A stretch of 64,000 nucleotides of DNA from Methanotrichaceae archaeon (GCA_963803145.1 CAWDLW010000027.1:32001-96000); one strand, 5' to 3'. Shown: positions 41,374-52,320, numbered from the stretch's first letter. A program made the numbers and translations. Notes: generated by a model from the letters alone, not told the origin.

Positions 41374-41985
41374 ATGAATAAAAAAGTGGCCATCATTTTC
41401 ATCCTTACCCTGGCAGCTCTCGGTTACTTGACCTACTACTCGTTCGGGCCATCTTCGACCACAAATATTGGCCCACAGGTTAATCCAGAGTCACTGAAAC
41501 CTACACAAACAACCGCGGTGTCTCAAAATAATGAAACCCTTAACGTCTATCATAACAAGGATATTGCTGAGAATTTTTATACAATAAGTATTCCACAGTC
41601 CTGGCAGAATTCGTCCTCCACGCCTCGTGCCGGAGAGTATGATTTCATTTTCAGCGATGGAGCTGCAAGAGTCGAGCTAATGGACGTACCGGATAACAGC
41701 ACCCTTGAGCTTTTCGTATTAAGCCAGGAAGAACCCCAACTCAAAAACCTGCTTACCGGCTATAAACGAATTGATTATCAAAAATTGAATATAAGCGGCA
41801 ATGATGCCTATCAGCTTACCTACCTCAGCGATGTAAATGGCACTAAATTTGAGAGTATTAGAACATATATCGCAGGTTCTGATCAAGCTGCCGTTATCAC
41901 ATTCTCGCTTCAGGAAACAATGGCTGCATCGAAGAAGAATACATTCAGTCTTGTAATCAATAGTTTCTCATGGGAGAATAAATAA
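41374..41985 (+). CDS. Membrane-anchored PsbP/DcrB-like protein
   Basis: N-terminal anchor; ISIPQSW, ISGNDAYQLTY and VINSF. Confidence 0.6.
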   Translation: MNKKVAIIFILTLAALGYLTYYSFGPSSTTNIGPQVNPESLKPTQTTAVSQNNETLNVYHNKDIAENFYTISIPQSWQNSSSTPRAGEYDFIFSDGAARVELMDVPDNSTLELFVLSQEEPQLKNLLTGYKRIDYQKLNISGNDAYQLTYLSDVNGTKFESIRTYIAGSDQAAVITFSLQETMAASKKNTFSLVINSFSWENK

Positions 41986-41986
41986 C

Positions 41987-42181
41987 ATGAGACAAATTCT
42001 TCTTTTTATATCGCTTGTGGTGCTTTGCTTTGGTCTTTACCTGAAGTTATTCTACGATGTCCCAGACAGCCAGGAAAAAATCAATTTTTTCGTTAGCGGG
42101 TTTTTCATTATTATTGGTATTTCAAGCTTGCTGGTGAATCTCTTTTGGGACACTAAGAAAAAGAGAAAGAATGGGGAGTGA
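41987..42181 (+). CDS. Small 2-TM membrane protein
   Basis: Operonic spacing; two hydrophobic helices. Confidence 0.65.
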   Translation: MRQILLFISLVVLCFGLYLKLFYDVPDSQEKINFFVSGFFIIIGISSLLVNLFWDTKKKRKNGE

Positions 42182-42927
42182 AGGACCTGACCGATATAAT
42201 CGTTGCAGAAAACGTGAGCAAGTCGTATGGAGATAGAAAGGCTGTTGACGCCCTGACACTTCATATACAAGAGGGAGAAATCTTCGGATTCCTTGGACCA
42301 AACGGCGCTGGAAAAACGACAACCATAAGACTGCTCACAGGAATTCTTAAGCCGGATCAAGGCGAAGTAGCAATCGATCAACACTCATTATCGCAGCAGA
42401 GGAGAGAAGTTGCACAGGTGATAGGTGTCATCCCTGAAAGCCGCGGTCTATATAATTGGATGACTGCAACCGAATATCTCTCTTTCTTTGGGCATCTTTA
42501 CGGATTGAAAGAAGAATTGCTGGCAGAACTCGTTGAAGCTCTTCTTTCGCAAGTTGGACTCTTGAAGAGAAAGCACTCGGTGATCGGCACATTCTCCCTA
42601 GGAATGCGACAGCGTTTGGGGCTTGCTCGGGCGCTCATCAACAGTCCGAAAATCCTTTTTCTTGATGAGCCGACTCTTGGTCTTGATCCACAGGGTCAGG
42701 AGGATATTCAGAAATTGCTCAAAAAACTCAATGGCGAGGGTGTGACCATCTTTCTCTCGTCCCATCTCTTAAATGAGGTTTCTGATCTTTGCTCTCGTTT
42801 AGGAATCATCAATAACGGAAAGCTAGTAGCTGAAGGGACGATTGATGAACTTGGAAAAATGACCAATCTCCCAGGTGGAACACTAACTCAAATCTTCTTA
42901 CGTCTAACCGGCGAAGGAGTTGAATAA
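42178..42927 (+). CDS. ABC-2 type exporter ATP-binding subunit
   Basis: GPNGAGKTT, FSLGMRQR, LDEPTLGLD and SSH. Confidence 0.95.
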   Translation: MKDLTDIIVAENVSKSYGDRKAVDALTLHIQEGEIFGFLGPNGAGKTTTIRLLTGILKPDQGEVAIDQHSLSQQRREVAQVIGVIPESRGLYNWMTATEYLSFFGHLYGLKEELLAELVEALLSQVGLLKRKHSVIGTFSLGMRQRLGLARALINSPKILFLDEPTLGLDPQGQEDIQKLLKKLNGEGVTIFLSSHLLNEVSDLCSRLGIINNGKLVAEGTIDELGKMTNLPGGTLTQIFLRLTGEGVE

Positions 42928-42958
42928 GGTGTTCAAATATATTTGGAGAAAAGAATTA

Positions 42959-44356
42959 CTGTACTCTCCAAGTTTCTCACCAATTTATAATCTCCATTCT
43001 ATATCAAGTCATATCTTATATCCCTGTTCTCTGATTAGATAGAGTAAACCACTATCAGGAACTGGCAAATTAAAGTATTGTAATACATATATAAAGGCAT
43101 CAATGAATGCTTGAGCCTTTATACTATCTATCATATCTCCAATCGTTCTATTTTGTTGATTTCTTTCCACTGGTGGGTTTTTGAGTTCATATAAAACGAT
43201 AGCTGTCCAGACTGAGAAAACCATCTGAATAAATCTTTCAATTGATCGTTTTCCTCTTAATTGATAATCCTTGAATCCCAATTTTTGATTTGACTCTCTA
43301 TGAGCAGTCTCAATATCCCACCTATCCTCATAAATAGAAAGGATTTCTACCAAAGATAGTGAACAATTGGTGCTAATAAAGTAGTTGGCGTCACCATTTT
43401 TCTTTTTCTTTGAGATGACTAGCTTTACTTTGCCAATCTTATCTAAGATGACTTCTTTTTCGATTGCATAATATACCTTCTTCTTGCCGCGAACTTGGAC
43501 TGTAGTTCTTCTATAATAAATTTCGTCAATCTGATTTGCCAAGTCCCTGACCTGAAAGGACATATCCTTATTTATCCATACCTTTTTATCAGACTTAATT
43601 TCACAAACGACTTGATGACCTAAGTTCAGGCATTTAGTTATAAAATCAGCAGAAAACCACCAGCTGTCGAAAACAACATAAAGACTCAAGCCTTTTGGTA
43701 TTTTTAAGGGCTCGATGATATCTTTATAAGCGATTTCTATTTTAGTCATGAAATCTTCACTGCTGTCTATCTCTTTAGTATACATTTTTGCTTTATGTGG
43801 TATAAATATACCTCTAGATTGGAGGACTGAGGTAACAAAGTTGTTACCCATAATATAGTCATCTTTGCAATGATCGTAAAACTTGCCCACGCCATCAGTA
43901 CATTTCCCTTCCTTTTCATTATATGTATCGTCTATAATTAATAATATTTTGTCGCTTGCACTTAACTGAAGAGCTTCTATAAATAGATCCGCACTGCGCT
44001 GAGCTACTTCGTTCTCATCCCAGATTGCATCACTAAAGAACCAATTATAGGAAGAGCGTGATTTCGTACATTCTCGATCCTTTGCCATAGCATCACTAAG
44101 GTGTGCGATGGTCTTAGATTTATCACATACGCTCAGTGCTGAAATCATATCACAGAAAGAATTATAGCTCGGTATGGTGAATAAATCTTTAAATTCTTTT
44201 AGAAATGGCTCTAACTGTAATGGAATCTTAACTAATTTGATCATGACATAGTAAAATACTTTTATAAATAAATCTATTTTGTATCAAGAATTAATTTTAA
44301 TGGTAAAAGAAAATATAGCTATAAATATAAAGCTATGAAAAAGTTGGAGAGTACAG
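42959..44356 (-). mobile_element. IS701-family insertion sequence in the permease 5' end
   Basis: TIRs ctgtactctccaa / ttggagagtacag; 8-bp TSD AAGAATTA at 42951-42958 and 44357-44364. Confidence 0.92.
43009..44244 (-). CDS. IS701-family DDE transposase
   Basis: IIDDT, VFDSWW and YEDRWDIETAHRESNQKLG. Confidence 0.88.
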   Translation of the reverse strand: MIKLVKIPLQLEPFLKEFKDLFTIPSYNSFCDMISALSVCDKSKTIAHLSDAMAKDRECTKSRSSYNWFFSDAIWDENEVAQRSADLFIEALQLSASDKILLIIDDTYNEKEGKCTDGVGKFYDHCKDDYIMGNNFVTSVLQSRGIFIPHKAKMYTKEIDSSEDFMTKIEIAYKDIIEPLKIPKGLSLYVVFDSWWFSADFITKCLNLGHQVVCEIKSDKKVWINKDMSFQVRDLANQIDEIYYRRTTVQVRGKKKVYYAIEKEVILDKIGKVKLVISKKKKNGDANYFISTNCSLSLVEILSIYEDRWDIETAHRESNQKLGFKDYQLRGKRSIERFIQMVFSVWTAIVLYELKNPPVERNQQNRTIGDMIDSIKAQAFIDAFIYVLQYFNLPVPDSGLLYLIREQGYKI

Positions 44357-45105
44357 AAGAATTACAAGGAGAGCTCTATACCTGGAAGAGCATGTTATGG
44401 CTTGTCATCGCTTCACTTCTTTTTAGTTCTACAAGCTATCTTCTTCTTACCGATCGTGAGCTAAGCCTCCTAGACCAAACAGAGCTCATGTTACTTCTCG
44501 GTCAAATCATTATTGTAGTTGCACTTCTGGTCATAGCGATCGATGCATCATCAATCATCACGGCGGAGTTTGAAAATGAAACCGCAGAGACAATTTTCCT
44601 CACACCGCTTTCCATAACGGATTTTCTTTTTGGAAAATTCTTGGCCTCACTTACCCTCTGGGGTTTGCTTTTCGTTGTCTCATTGCCCTATATTATCGTC
44701 GCTTCATCAGGTTCACATCTGACAATAGCATTTATTGGCTACACTGCTCTTCTCGGCACCTTAGGAATCATAGGTGTAGTAGCTTTTATTTTCGCTATCT
44801 CTTTGCTTCTCCGTTCAACTAAAAATACACTCACAACTGCTATTATCACACTTCTTGTTCTTGCCATGCCTGCGTTCTTTTCTACAACCCTCAAGAACAA
44901 TGCCCTGTCACAACTCTTCAGCCAAATAGATCCTATCGATAATATATTCTCATCGCTTGATAATGTCTTAGTTGATTATCAAATCTCGGTCCTGCAAAAT
45001 TGGCAGTTTATTTTGCCAGTTCTTATGTTTTGCTTGCTAATGATTGTGTTCCTTGCTTTTGCTGCACGGAAATTCGATGAACAGGGGGTTATTAAAAGTG
45101 ACTGA
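44335..45105 (+). CDS. ABC-2 permease (native first codons stranded at 42929-42958; current start is IS-derived)
   Basis: Six TMs; ITAEFENETAETIFLTPLS...FGKF motif. Confidence 0.85.
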   Translation: MKKLESTEELQGELYTWKSMLWLVIASLLFSSTSYLLLTDRELSLLDQTELMLLLGQIIIVVALLVIAIDASSIITAEFENETAETIFLTPLSITDFLFGKFLASLTLWGLLFVVSLPYIIVASSGSHLTIAFIGYTALLGTLGIIGVVAFIFAISLLLRSTKNTLTTAIITLLVLAMPAFFSTTLKNNALSQLFSQIDPIDNIFSSLDNVLVDYQISVLQNWQFILPVLMFCLLMIVFLAFAARKFDEQGVIKSD

Positions 45106-45637
45106 TACGAAATGTTTTACCTTTTTATTTATTAGTATTTTTGTAATCATCCTGACGAGCTGTGCTTATGCCAGAAGCCTTCCACCGCCACTAGTCATTA
45201 ATATCACTTCTTCTAAAACCTTGGGTGGCACCGCCGGAGATTATGTGACGGTAGAAGGAACTATAAAAGATATTGGAGATAAACCGCTAAATGATATTGT
45301 CACATACTTATCATTGGTTGATAACGAAACTAAGCTCCCTGTCGATCTCGAAGACTGGAGCGCAGAAAAAGGGCTCTATATTGGGACTATTGGCGCCGAT
45401 CAGACATTACCGCTCAACTGGAAGATCCATTTTGTGAAAGCCGGTACGTACTCTCTCATCATCGTTGCAGAAGCTGCTGGCTACGACTTTCCGCAAGCTA
45501 GTAGCATCGTCCAGTTCAATGTGAATCCTAAGACTAATCTTAACCCAGGAGAGGTACTTCCAGTTGCATTGGGGACACCTGTTGCTCTGACCAGTATATT
45601 GTTTTTATTGGCATACAGAAGACGAGTGGAGGAATGA
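45098..45637 (+). CDS. Secreted Ig-like protein with C-terminal membrane anchor
   Basis: GTG at 45098 overlaps the permease stop; signal peptide, beta-rich core, TM + RRR. Confidence 0.7.
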   Translation: MTDTKCFTFLFISIFVIILTSCAYARSLPPPLVINITSSKTLGGTAGDYVTVEGTIKDIGDKPLNDIVTYLSLVDNETKLPVDLEDWSAEKGLYIGTIGADQTLPLNWKIHFVKAGTYSLIIVAEAAGYDFPQASSIVQFNVNPKTNLNPGEVLPVALGTPVALTSILFLLAYRRRVEE

Positions 45638-45873
45638 TTGCTTCCTCATCTTCTAATATATTAACTACAAAGGGGCCAATAGTGAAATCAATAGTTGAAT
45701 ACTTAAAGCATAAACCAAGCTTAAAGGGGCAACTCTTTGATCAGGGGGAGTTGAAACGTCTGGCTAGAGTATGCGGCCTGAGCCCGGAGGGGGCTCGAAG
45801 TGAATTGAGGAAGCAAGGCTTAATCCTAACCAAGAACGATCACGGAATCGCCATTTGGAAAAGATGTGGTTAA
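45634..45873 (+). CDS. Small hypothetical protein (possible HTH)
   Basis: ATGA overlap with the upstream gene. Confidence 0.45.
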   Translation: MIASSSSNILTTKGPIVKSIVEYLKHKPSLKGQLFDQGELKRLARVCGLSPEGARSELRKQGLILTKNDHGIAIWKRCG

Positions 45874-45908
45874 CTATGTTATCTTAGCAGCAAGTGGAAA
45901 AGATAATA

Positions 45909-46991
45909 TAGTTAATCATTGAGCTTATTGCCCTATAGATACATTTAATAATTAATGCGTGAAAATACATAGGCATGGGTAGAAAACCTATAATAATTAG
46001 GCATATATCAAAGATAGACCTTGATAAATTATATAAAAAAGAGACTGATCTAAGGATTAAGGAACGGTTATTGGCAATAATACATTTATATGAAGGGAAA
46101 AACGTATATGAGGTAGCTGATATTTTAAAAAGGGGCGAGAGGACAATAAAATATTGGTTAAGCAGATGGAATAATCAAGGCTATAATGGATTGACACCAA
46201 AGAATAGAAATGGCAAAAAGCCAAAGATGTCTCTTGATGAATGGGATAGAGTTATTAAAGAAATTGAAGACAAAGGAATGACGATAAAAGACGTATTAAA
46301 ATATGTAAGGGATACAAGAGGTATAGATTTTTCATATAAATATGGCTGGCGAATTTTAAGAGTAGTGAAAAAAGTTAAGTATGGGAAACCATACATCAGA
46401 AATGAAAAGAGGCCTGCAGATGCAGAAAGTTTTTTAAAAAAGGATAAAATCAGTGCTGACCACTGTTACTGATCCTGTTATAGGATTTCTTGATGAAAGC
46501 TCTTTACAACAGCGCCCTAATACACGTAGAGTCTTAAACACTCATTTAATAAATTATAAACCTGGAAAGGTTAGATCAAGAACTATTTTTGGATTTATAG
46601 CATTAAATGGCAATGATGAGGTTATGGTTTCCAACTCCTCTAAGAAGGAAGCGTTGATGGCATTTGCTCAAAATATAAGAAATAATAATATTATGAGGCC
46701 AATTTGTATACTTTTAGATAATGCTAGAATTCATTTGGCCAAGAAATTTAGAAAACTAGCTGAGGAAATCGATATTCACTTAATTTATAATATCCCCTAT
46801 TCACCAGATTTGAATCCTATAGAATTCGGTTGGAAGGATTTCAAAAGAGAGATCGCCAAATACACTGATTTCGATGAAGCTATTATAGCTAGCCAAGATT
46901 GCGCTTTAGAAATATTTTATTCCAAAAAGGATGGATATTCAAAGTCCTGGGTGGAGCGATTTCTTAGTGCAAAAAGCTAGGAGATTAACTA
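45909..46991 (+). mobile_element. IS630-family insertion sequence (second type)
   Basis: Ends TA-tagttaatc / gattaacta-TA. Confidence 0.85.
45975..46980 (+). CDS. IS630 transposase in two ORFs
   Basis: HTH ORF plus DDE ORF (FLDES, LDNARIH, PYSPDLNPIE). Junction at T6A6 (46430-46441); ORF2 is in the +1 phase. Confidence 0.85.
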
Positions 46992-47064
46992 TAATACAAA
47001 ATGTAATATCTATATTAATATGCTAATAACAAGCATTAGTATATGATAAAGTGCTTAAGAGGGT

Positions 47065-48012
47065 ATGTTGCCTATTAAATCATCGATATCAAAGGAGCGC
47101 TTAAAGCTTCTTGTTATAAACACCATAGTTACGGCGATACTGGCAGTATCCCTACAAATGGCTATTCCCATCCATAGACCTTGCCAGATTGAGCCCAATG
47201 CATATTCAATGTGCTTGCCGTATTATGCTTATCCCAGCATACATGCCAGCACATCATTTTCTTTTGTATTCCCCTTTCTTGGCCATGTCCTGTTTTATCT
47301 GCTGTACATTATTGCATTGCTGATCAGCTGGTCCAGAGTATATCAAGGTCTGCATTCTTGGTTAGATATCGGCGGAGGAATTGCAATAGCTGGGCTGGGC
47401 TACAATATTGCAGAGACGATAGTTAATAAACACAAAAGAATAATATTCAGAGATGACGAGAGATCAAGGCAAGCAGTGCATGCATCGATAGGCTTGCTGC
47501 TATGTTTTATGATACGCCTTATAGGTATTGAAAGGACCTCGTATTTTGTGCTGGCGGGAACTTGCGTTGGTCTTCTAATAATTGACGTTATTCTTATGGG
47601 AGTCAGAGTTCCAGGCATCGATAAATTACTTGATAGATTTGAAAGAAAGGGAGTCATGCCCGGCGAAGGTTCAATGTATTATGCCCTTGGAGTTCTCTTT
47701 GCCATCGGGTTGCTAAGAAATAATTCTGCAGAGGCAATTTCCGTTATATTGATACTGGCACTCGGCGATTCGCTCGCCACATATATCGGCAGATACTATG
47801 GGAAACACAAACTGCCATGGAACAGTGATAAGACAATTGAAGGCTCGCTAGGATTTGCAGCAGGAGCGATGTGTTCTCTATTGGTCTTGCCTGTACCAAT
47901 AACCATCCTTGTAATAATAATATCAACCACTGTCGAATCCCTGCCTATAAGGCTGGATGATAATATAACTCTGCCAATAGCAGTATCTTTGCTGTATTAT
48001 TTTACACTTTAG
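47065..48012 (+). CDS. PAP2 phosphatase - dolichol/phytol kinase-like fusion
   Basis: PAP2 motifs HRP, YPSIH and SRVYQGLHSWLD; kinase motifs RQAVH, LGDSLATYIG, KTIEGS and DDNITLP. Confidence 0.85.
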   Translation: MLPIKSSISKERLKLLVINTIVTAILAVSLQMAIPIHRPCQIEPNAYSMCLPYYAYPSIHASTSFSFVFPFLGHVLFYLLYIIALLISWSRVYQGLHSWLDIGGGIAIAGLGYNIAETIVNKHKRIIFRDDERSRQAVHASIGLLLCFMIRLIGIERTSYFVLAGTCVGLLIIDVILMGVRVPGIDKLLDRFERKGVMPGEGSMYYALGVLFAIGLLRNNSAEAISVILILALGDSLATYIGRYYGKHKLPWNSDKTIEGSLGFAAGAMCSLLVLPVPITILVIIISTTVESLPIRLDDNITLPIAVSLLYYFTL

Positions 48013-48116
48013 ATACAATTGAATAATATTGAGTTTGGTTTACAGTAGTAGCTGACTATAAAATCAGGATAAGATCTTTATATTAACCCGAGTCAAGTGC
48101 TAATCGGTGGGCAGGC

Positions 48117-50015
48117 ATGAATGCAGAAGAGCTTATCGATGAGTATGAGAAGGCGCTGAGCATTTACGAAAGAATACTTGCCTTTGAGATGGATTCTGTT
48201 CTGAAGGGTAATATCCAGAGAAAGATTGGGGATATCTATCTGGAGATCTCCAAATTAAAGGGCGGAAAGGATTACCCTATATTGGCGATTCAGGCCTACC
48301 TTAAATCGCTCGTTGGCTATAGTCCAGAGCACTTTCCTGCCCAGTACGCCAGAATCCAGAGAAGCCTTGGGTCTGCCTACTTTATGCTTGGATGTCACGA
48401 GAACGCAGAGATGAACCTCAAGTATGCTATTGATGCCTGGACGGATACAATAAAGTTCTATTCACTGGAAAGCTTTCCATCTGATTACGCAATCCTTCAA
48501 AATGATTTGGGATCTGCCTATAGAAGACTCGCAGGACACAGAAACATGGAAGAGTTCTGCGAGCGGGCAATTCAAGCCTGCAACGAGGCTCTAAGAATTT
48601 ACACGCAGAAGGATAATCCTATACAATACTCGGACATCCAAATAAACCTGGGCAGTACTTACGTAATGCTTATGGAGGCTAAGAATGATGCTGAAAGCTG
48701 CAAACATGCAATTCAGGCATACAAAAATGCTTTAGAGTTTTATACCTTAGAACGCTATCCCGTGCAGAATGCATCGATTAAGAATAATCTAGCCATTGCA
48801 TATATATCCATTTCAGAGCTGGAGAACAAAGCTGAGAACAGCAAACGCGCCATTGATGCCTGCAATGATGCGCTCTGGGTAAGAAGGCTTGAAGAATATC
48901 CTCTGCATTATGCAGCCACACAGAACAATCTCGGAAACGCCTATATCGCTCTTGCAGAGGTTGAGGATGGCACTCAAAACTGCGAATATGCGATCCAATC
49001 ATTCCAGGAAGCATTAAGAGTATATTCGCTTGTTGAGTTCCCGATGCAGTATGCTACAGCCCACAACAATCTTGGAAACGCCTACCTGATCATTGCCGAG
49101 TCTGGGAGCAGGGCGGAGAACTGTATGAGGGCTATTCGAGCGTGCCAAGAGGCGCTCAAAGTATTTACCCTAGAAAAATTTCCGTCGGATTATGCCGAGG
49201 TCCAGGGAACGCTCTGGCTTGCCTATTTGACTTTTGCCGATATTGAGTTCAAAGCAGAAAACTGCGCTCTTGCCCTGGATGCGTGCCTTGAGAGGCTCAA
49301 AGTATATACTGCAGATCAGCCTCTAAAGCATGCATCCTGCCAGAGAGATTTGGCAATCACCTATAACACCCTGGCGAATGTTGAAGAGACAGCAGAGGCA
49401 AAAGCCGATGATTGCAGAAAGGCAATTCTGGCATCAAAAGAGGCACTGCAAATCTACACCTCTGAGGACTTCCCAAGGGGATATGCTGAGATACAGATGC
49501 TGCTATGGGTCGCATTTGTTTCCCTGGCCGAAGTTGAAGGGAAGGCTGAGAACTGCAAATGTGCAATCGTTGCCTGCAATAATGCTTTGAAAGTATATGC
49601 TGAAAAGAGCTCGAAGGATTATGCCGATATACAGAAGAACCTAGGGTATACCTATGTTGCCCTTGCCGAGATAGAGAACAAGGCTGAGAACTGCAGGAGG
49701 GCGATTGAGGCATACAATATTGCACTCGAGTTCTATACTTCAGAGAAAGATCCTTTAGAGCACACCGATATAATTAGGGACTTGGGGTATGCTTATATAA
49801 CCTTATCAGATGTTGAAGATAAGGCGAAAAACTGCAGGAAGGCAATAAAGATCTACAAAAATGCCAACAAATCTTACATAGATCTGGCCAGCCAGCTCTC
49901 AGCAGTTGGAGATCCACGTGCTCTGGATGTGAGAGATAGAGCAGATGAGTGTCACAGATCGATGGATGCCTGCAAGAGAATTATAAAAGCATGTAAGAAA
50001 TCGGGAATGAGTTAA
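48117..50015 (+). CDS. Tetratricopeptide-repeat protein
   Basis: ~47-aa repeats YAxxQNNLGNAY...AIxAxxxALxxY. Confidence 0.9.
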   Translation: MNAEELIDEYEKALSIYERILAFEMDSVLKGNIQRKIGDIYLEISKLKGGKDYPILAIQAYLKSLVGYSPEHFPAQYARIQRSLGSAYFMLGCHENAEMNLKYAIDAWTDTIKFYSLESFPSDYAILQNDLGSAYRRLAGHRNMEEFCERAIQACNEALRIYTQKDNPIQYSDIQINLGSTYVMLMEAKNDAESCKHAIQAYKNALEFYTLERYPVQNASIKNNLAIAYISISELENKAENSKRAIDACNDALWVRRLEEYPLHYAATQNNLGNAYIALAEVEDGTQNCEYAIQSFQEALRVYSLVEFPMQYATAHNNLGNAYLIIAESGSRAENCMRAIRACQEALKVFTLEKFPSDYAEVQGTLWLAYLTFADIEFKAENCALALDACLERLKVYTADQPLKHASCQRDLAITYNTLANVEETAEAKADDCRKAILASKEALQIYTSEDFPRGYAEIQMLLWVAFVSLAEVEGKAENCKCAIVACNNALKVYAEKSSKDYADIQKNLGYTYVALAEIENKAENCRRAIEAYNIALEFYTSEKDPLEHTDIIRDLGYAYITLSDVEDKAKNCRKAIKIYKNANKSYIDLASQLSAVGDPRALDVRDRADECHRSMDACKRIIKACKKSGMS

Positions 50016-50091
50016 AGGCATAAAGATTTAGGGGATAAAAACCAATATCTGAAGCATCAAAAGTCGATGGAACTCATGATTAGGAAACAAA

Positions 50092-50568
50092 ATGATCAAC
50101 CTAACGGACAAGCAGGTTGCAGAATACTTCCGACGCTCATACACCGCAGTTGACGGCCTCTGGTTCATGAAGGTCGAGGAGAAATACGGCTTTGATTCTG
50201 CATTACAGCTGGATGAGGCTGTCTGGAGAGTGCTGCCGAAGATTCAGGCTAGAGCGATGAAATCAATGGCCTCCCTGGAGAATGGGCTCGACGGCCTCTA
50301 CGAGGGCATTACAACGCGGCTCGTCCTGGAAGGGTTCGAATTTGAGGCAGAAAAAGATGCTGAAGGTTTTCGAGTGCTCATCGAACGCTGTCCCTGGCAT
50401 GATCTGATGGTGAAATCAGGGCGGGAGAATCTTTCAGCGACCGTAAGCAACATCATCTGCGATATCGAGAACTCCACATGGGCGAATGAGTTTGGGGTAG
50501 CAAAATTTGATCGTGAAGCCAGGATATGCAATGGATCTGAAGGATGTATTCTGCGCTTCCGGCTGTGA
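50092..50568 (+). CDS. DUF6125-like / V4R-type protein
   Basis: DGLWFMKVEEKYG, CPWH, conserved Cys residues. Confidence 0.7.
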   Translation: MINLTDKQVAEYFRRSYTAVDGLWFMKVEEKYGFDSALQLDEAVWRVLPKIQARAMKSMASLENGLDGLYEGITTRLVLEGFEFEAEKDAEGFRVLIERCPWHDLMVKSGRENLSATVSNIICDIENSTWANEFGVAKFDREARICNGSEGCILRFRL

Positions 50569-50591
50569 TGTGAAGACAATTCTCTAATTCG

Positions 50592-50834
50592 CTACTGCAT
50601 CCTTTCTATCAGCGATAAAACTAATGATTGGGGTATAACTACCGTTCCCTGCATATTGTTGTTGGCAATCCATGTATTAAGCATTGTGCATACCATTAGG
50701 ACCTGCCGCGGGTCATCGATATTCTCGGCAGTGAGGCTGATGATCTCCTCTCGATTTTGAATTTTAATATCATATACCTGCTCAATTACGGTGAGCTGTG
50801 CATTCACCCTGCCCTCGATTTCGTTCATATGCAT
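50592..50834 (-). CDS. Small hypothetical protein
   Basis: Probable start MHMNEIEG after GAAGG. Confidence 0.55.
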   Translation of the reverse strand: MHMNEIEGRVNAQLTVIEQVYDIKIQNREEIISLTAENIDDPRQVLMVCTMLNTWIANNNMQGTVVIPQSLVLSLIERMQ

Positions 50835-51042
50835 ACCTTCTTGGCTCTGGATTAAAAGTTTAGTGAACCATTCCTTATGTTGTGAACTGTTCATTATTTT
50901 TTTAATCTTATATTGTTATTAACATCTATATTAATTACAAAATCGAGTTCGTCAGGGCATACTACGAACCAAAAAGATCATCTCTTACCGATTACAGACC
51001 TTACCATCAGGGGAGATTGCTATTCCAAGAATCTATGCAGAA

Positions 51043-51546
51043 GTGGATGATCATACTTTGGCGCAGCTTGAAGAGCTTGCTGAGAAAAGAGGCTGCAGTA
51101 AAAGACAGCTTGTTCTAGATGCAATTGGTCATTTCTTGAGTTATAAAGAGCCTGATATCTCAGAGGTTGATCAACTGAAGTCCGAGCTCAATCAAGCTAT
51201 CTCAGAAAGAGACCTGGCACACTCCGAGTGCGATAAAAAATCTGCTGAGATCAAAAGCATTGATCAGGAGATATCCAAGAGAAATGACGATATTGCAAAT
51301 GCCAAATCAAACATCGATAAACTTACGATCGGTCAGAACCAGCTCAGATCTGAGATCGTCTCAATCAAGGAAGAGGCAGAGAAGTTACAGAGCGAACTTG
51401 AGCATTCGCAGAGCACAATCAAGCAGAAAAACGAGGAGATAGCATTTATGAGAGGCCATATTCAACAGCTTTCTCAAAAGATAATATCTGCTCTGCCATC
51501 AAAAGAGGATAAAGCAAAAGCCGAGAAATGGTGGAAAATTTGGTAG
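51043..51546 (+). CDS. RHH/CopG-like N-terminus plus coiled coil
   Basis: VDDHTLAQLEELA...SKRQLVLDAI; heptads; WWKIW end. Confidence 0.7.
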   Translation: MDDHTLAQLEELAEKRGCSKRQLVLDAIGHFLSYKEPDISEVDQLKSELNQAISERDLAHSECDKKSAEIKSIDQEISKRNDDIANAKSNIDKLTIGQNQLRSEIVSIKEEAEKLQSELEHSQSTIKQKNEEIAFMRGHIQQLSQKIISALPSKEDKAKAEKWWKIW

Positions 51547-51675
51547 ATCGGGAGTTAAAGATCCAACTTAACAATTCCTTTTAACGATTTCCTTTAATGA
51601 TTCTATTTGTAATGTTCTATAAGCAAACTGTATATGCCGCTATATCTACTTATAAAATAAGCCGATTTTATCCAT

Positions 51676-52320
51676 CTAGCCACCTAAGGTTATATCTTGC
51701 TGCTTGTACCAATCCAGGGCCTTGTAGAAGTGCTCCGGCTGGAAATCAGGCCAGTAAGAATCAACCACATAGAAATCCGAATAGACCGATTGAACCGGCA
51801 GAAAACCGCTCAGCCTTCTTCTGCCGCCCCAGCGTATTATTAAATCAACCCTTGATACATCCGAAGATTGAATCTTCTCCACAAAGCGCTCCTGCTCTCC
51901 ACCTTCGACCATGGCGCGGCCCAGATCCCACTGCCAGCCATAATTCACCAGAAAGTTAATCTTAACTGCACCGGAGCCGAAGATGGTCCTTCTGGTATAG
52001 GGAAGAAGCTCCTTGGGAAACATCGGCGATTCCGAGTTGCCTACTATGAGAAGAGCTGCATCCTCGCTTGATATAATCTTAACAGCCTCTACACAAGCCT
52101 TTTGGAAGGATAGGGTCTGCTCCTTTGGCCTCTTGGTATTATCCTGCGTGAATCCATAGAAGGTTAGTTCCTTTATTTTCTCCTTCTTACATAGTTTGTA
52201 TAGAGATAAACCCGGAAATAGGCCTGCCTTATATCCTTCCTCCCTAGACAGTCCTCGCTCCTCTGCCCACCTTCTATTGCCGTCGGGAATAATTCCTATA
52301 TGCTTCGGTAATCTTTTCAT
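51676..52320 (-). CDS. uppS: Short cis-prenyltransferase (undecaprenyl diphosphate synthase family)
   Basis: PKHIGIIPDGNRRWA, FTQDNTKRP, DLIIRWGGRRRLSGF and WPDF. Confidence 0.85.
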   Translation of the reverse strand: MKRLPKHIGIIPDGNRRWAEERGLSREEGYKAGLFPGLSLYKLCKKEKIKELTFYGFTQDNTKRPKEQTLSFQKACVEAVKIISSEDAALLIVGNSESPMFPKELLPYTRRTIFGSGAVKINFLVNYGWQWDLGRAMVEGGEQERFVEKIQSSDVSRVDLIIRWGGRRRLSGFLPVQSVYSDFYVVDSYWPDFQPEHFYKALDWYKQQDITLGG

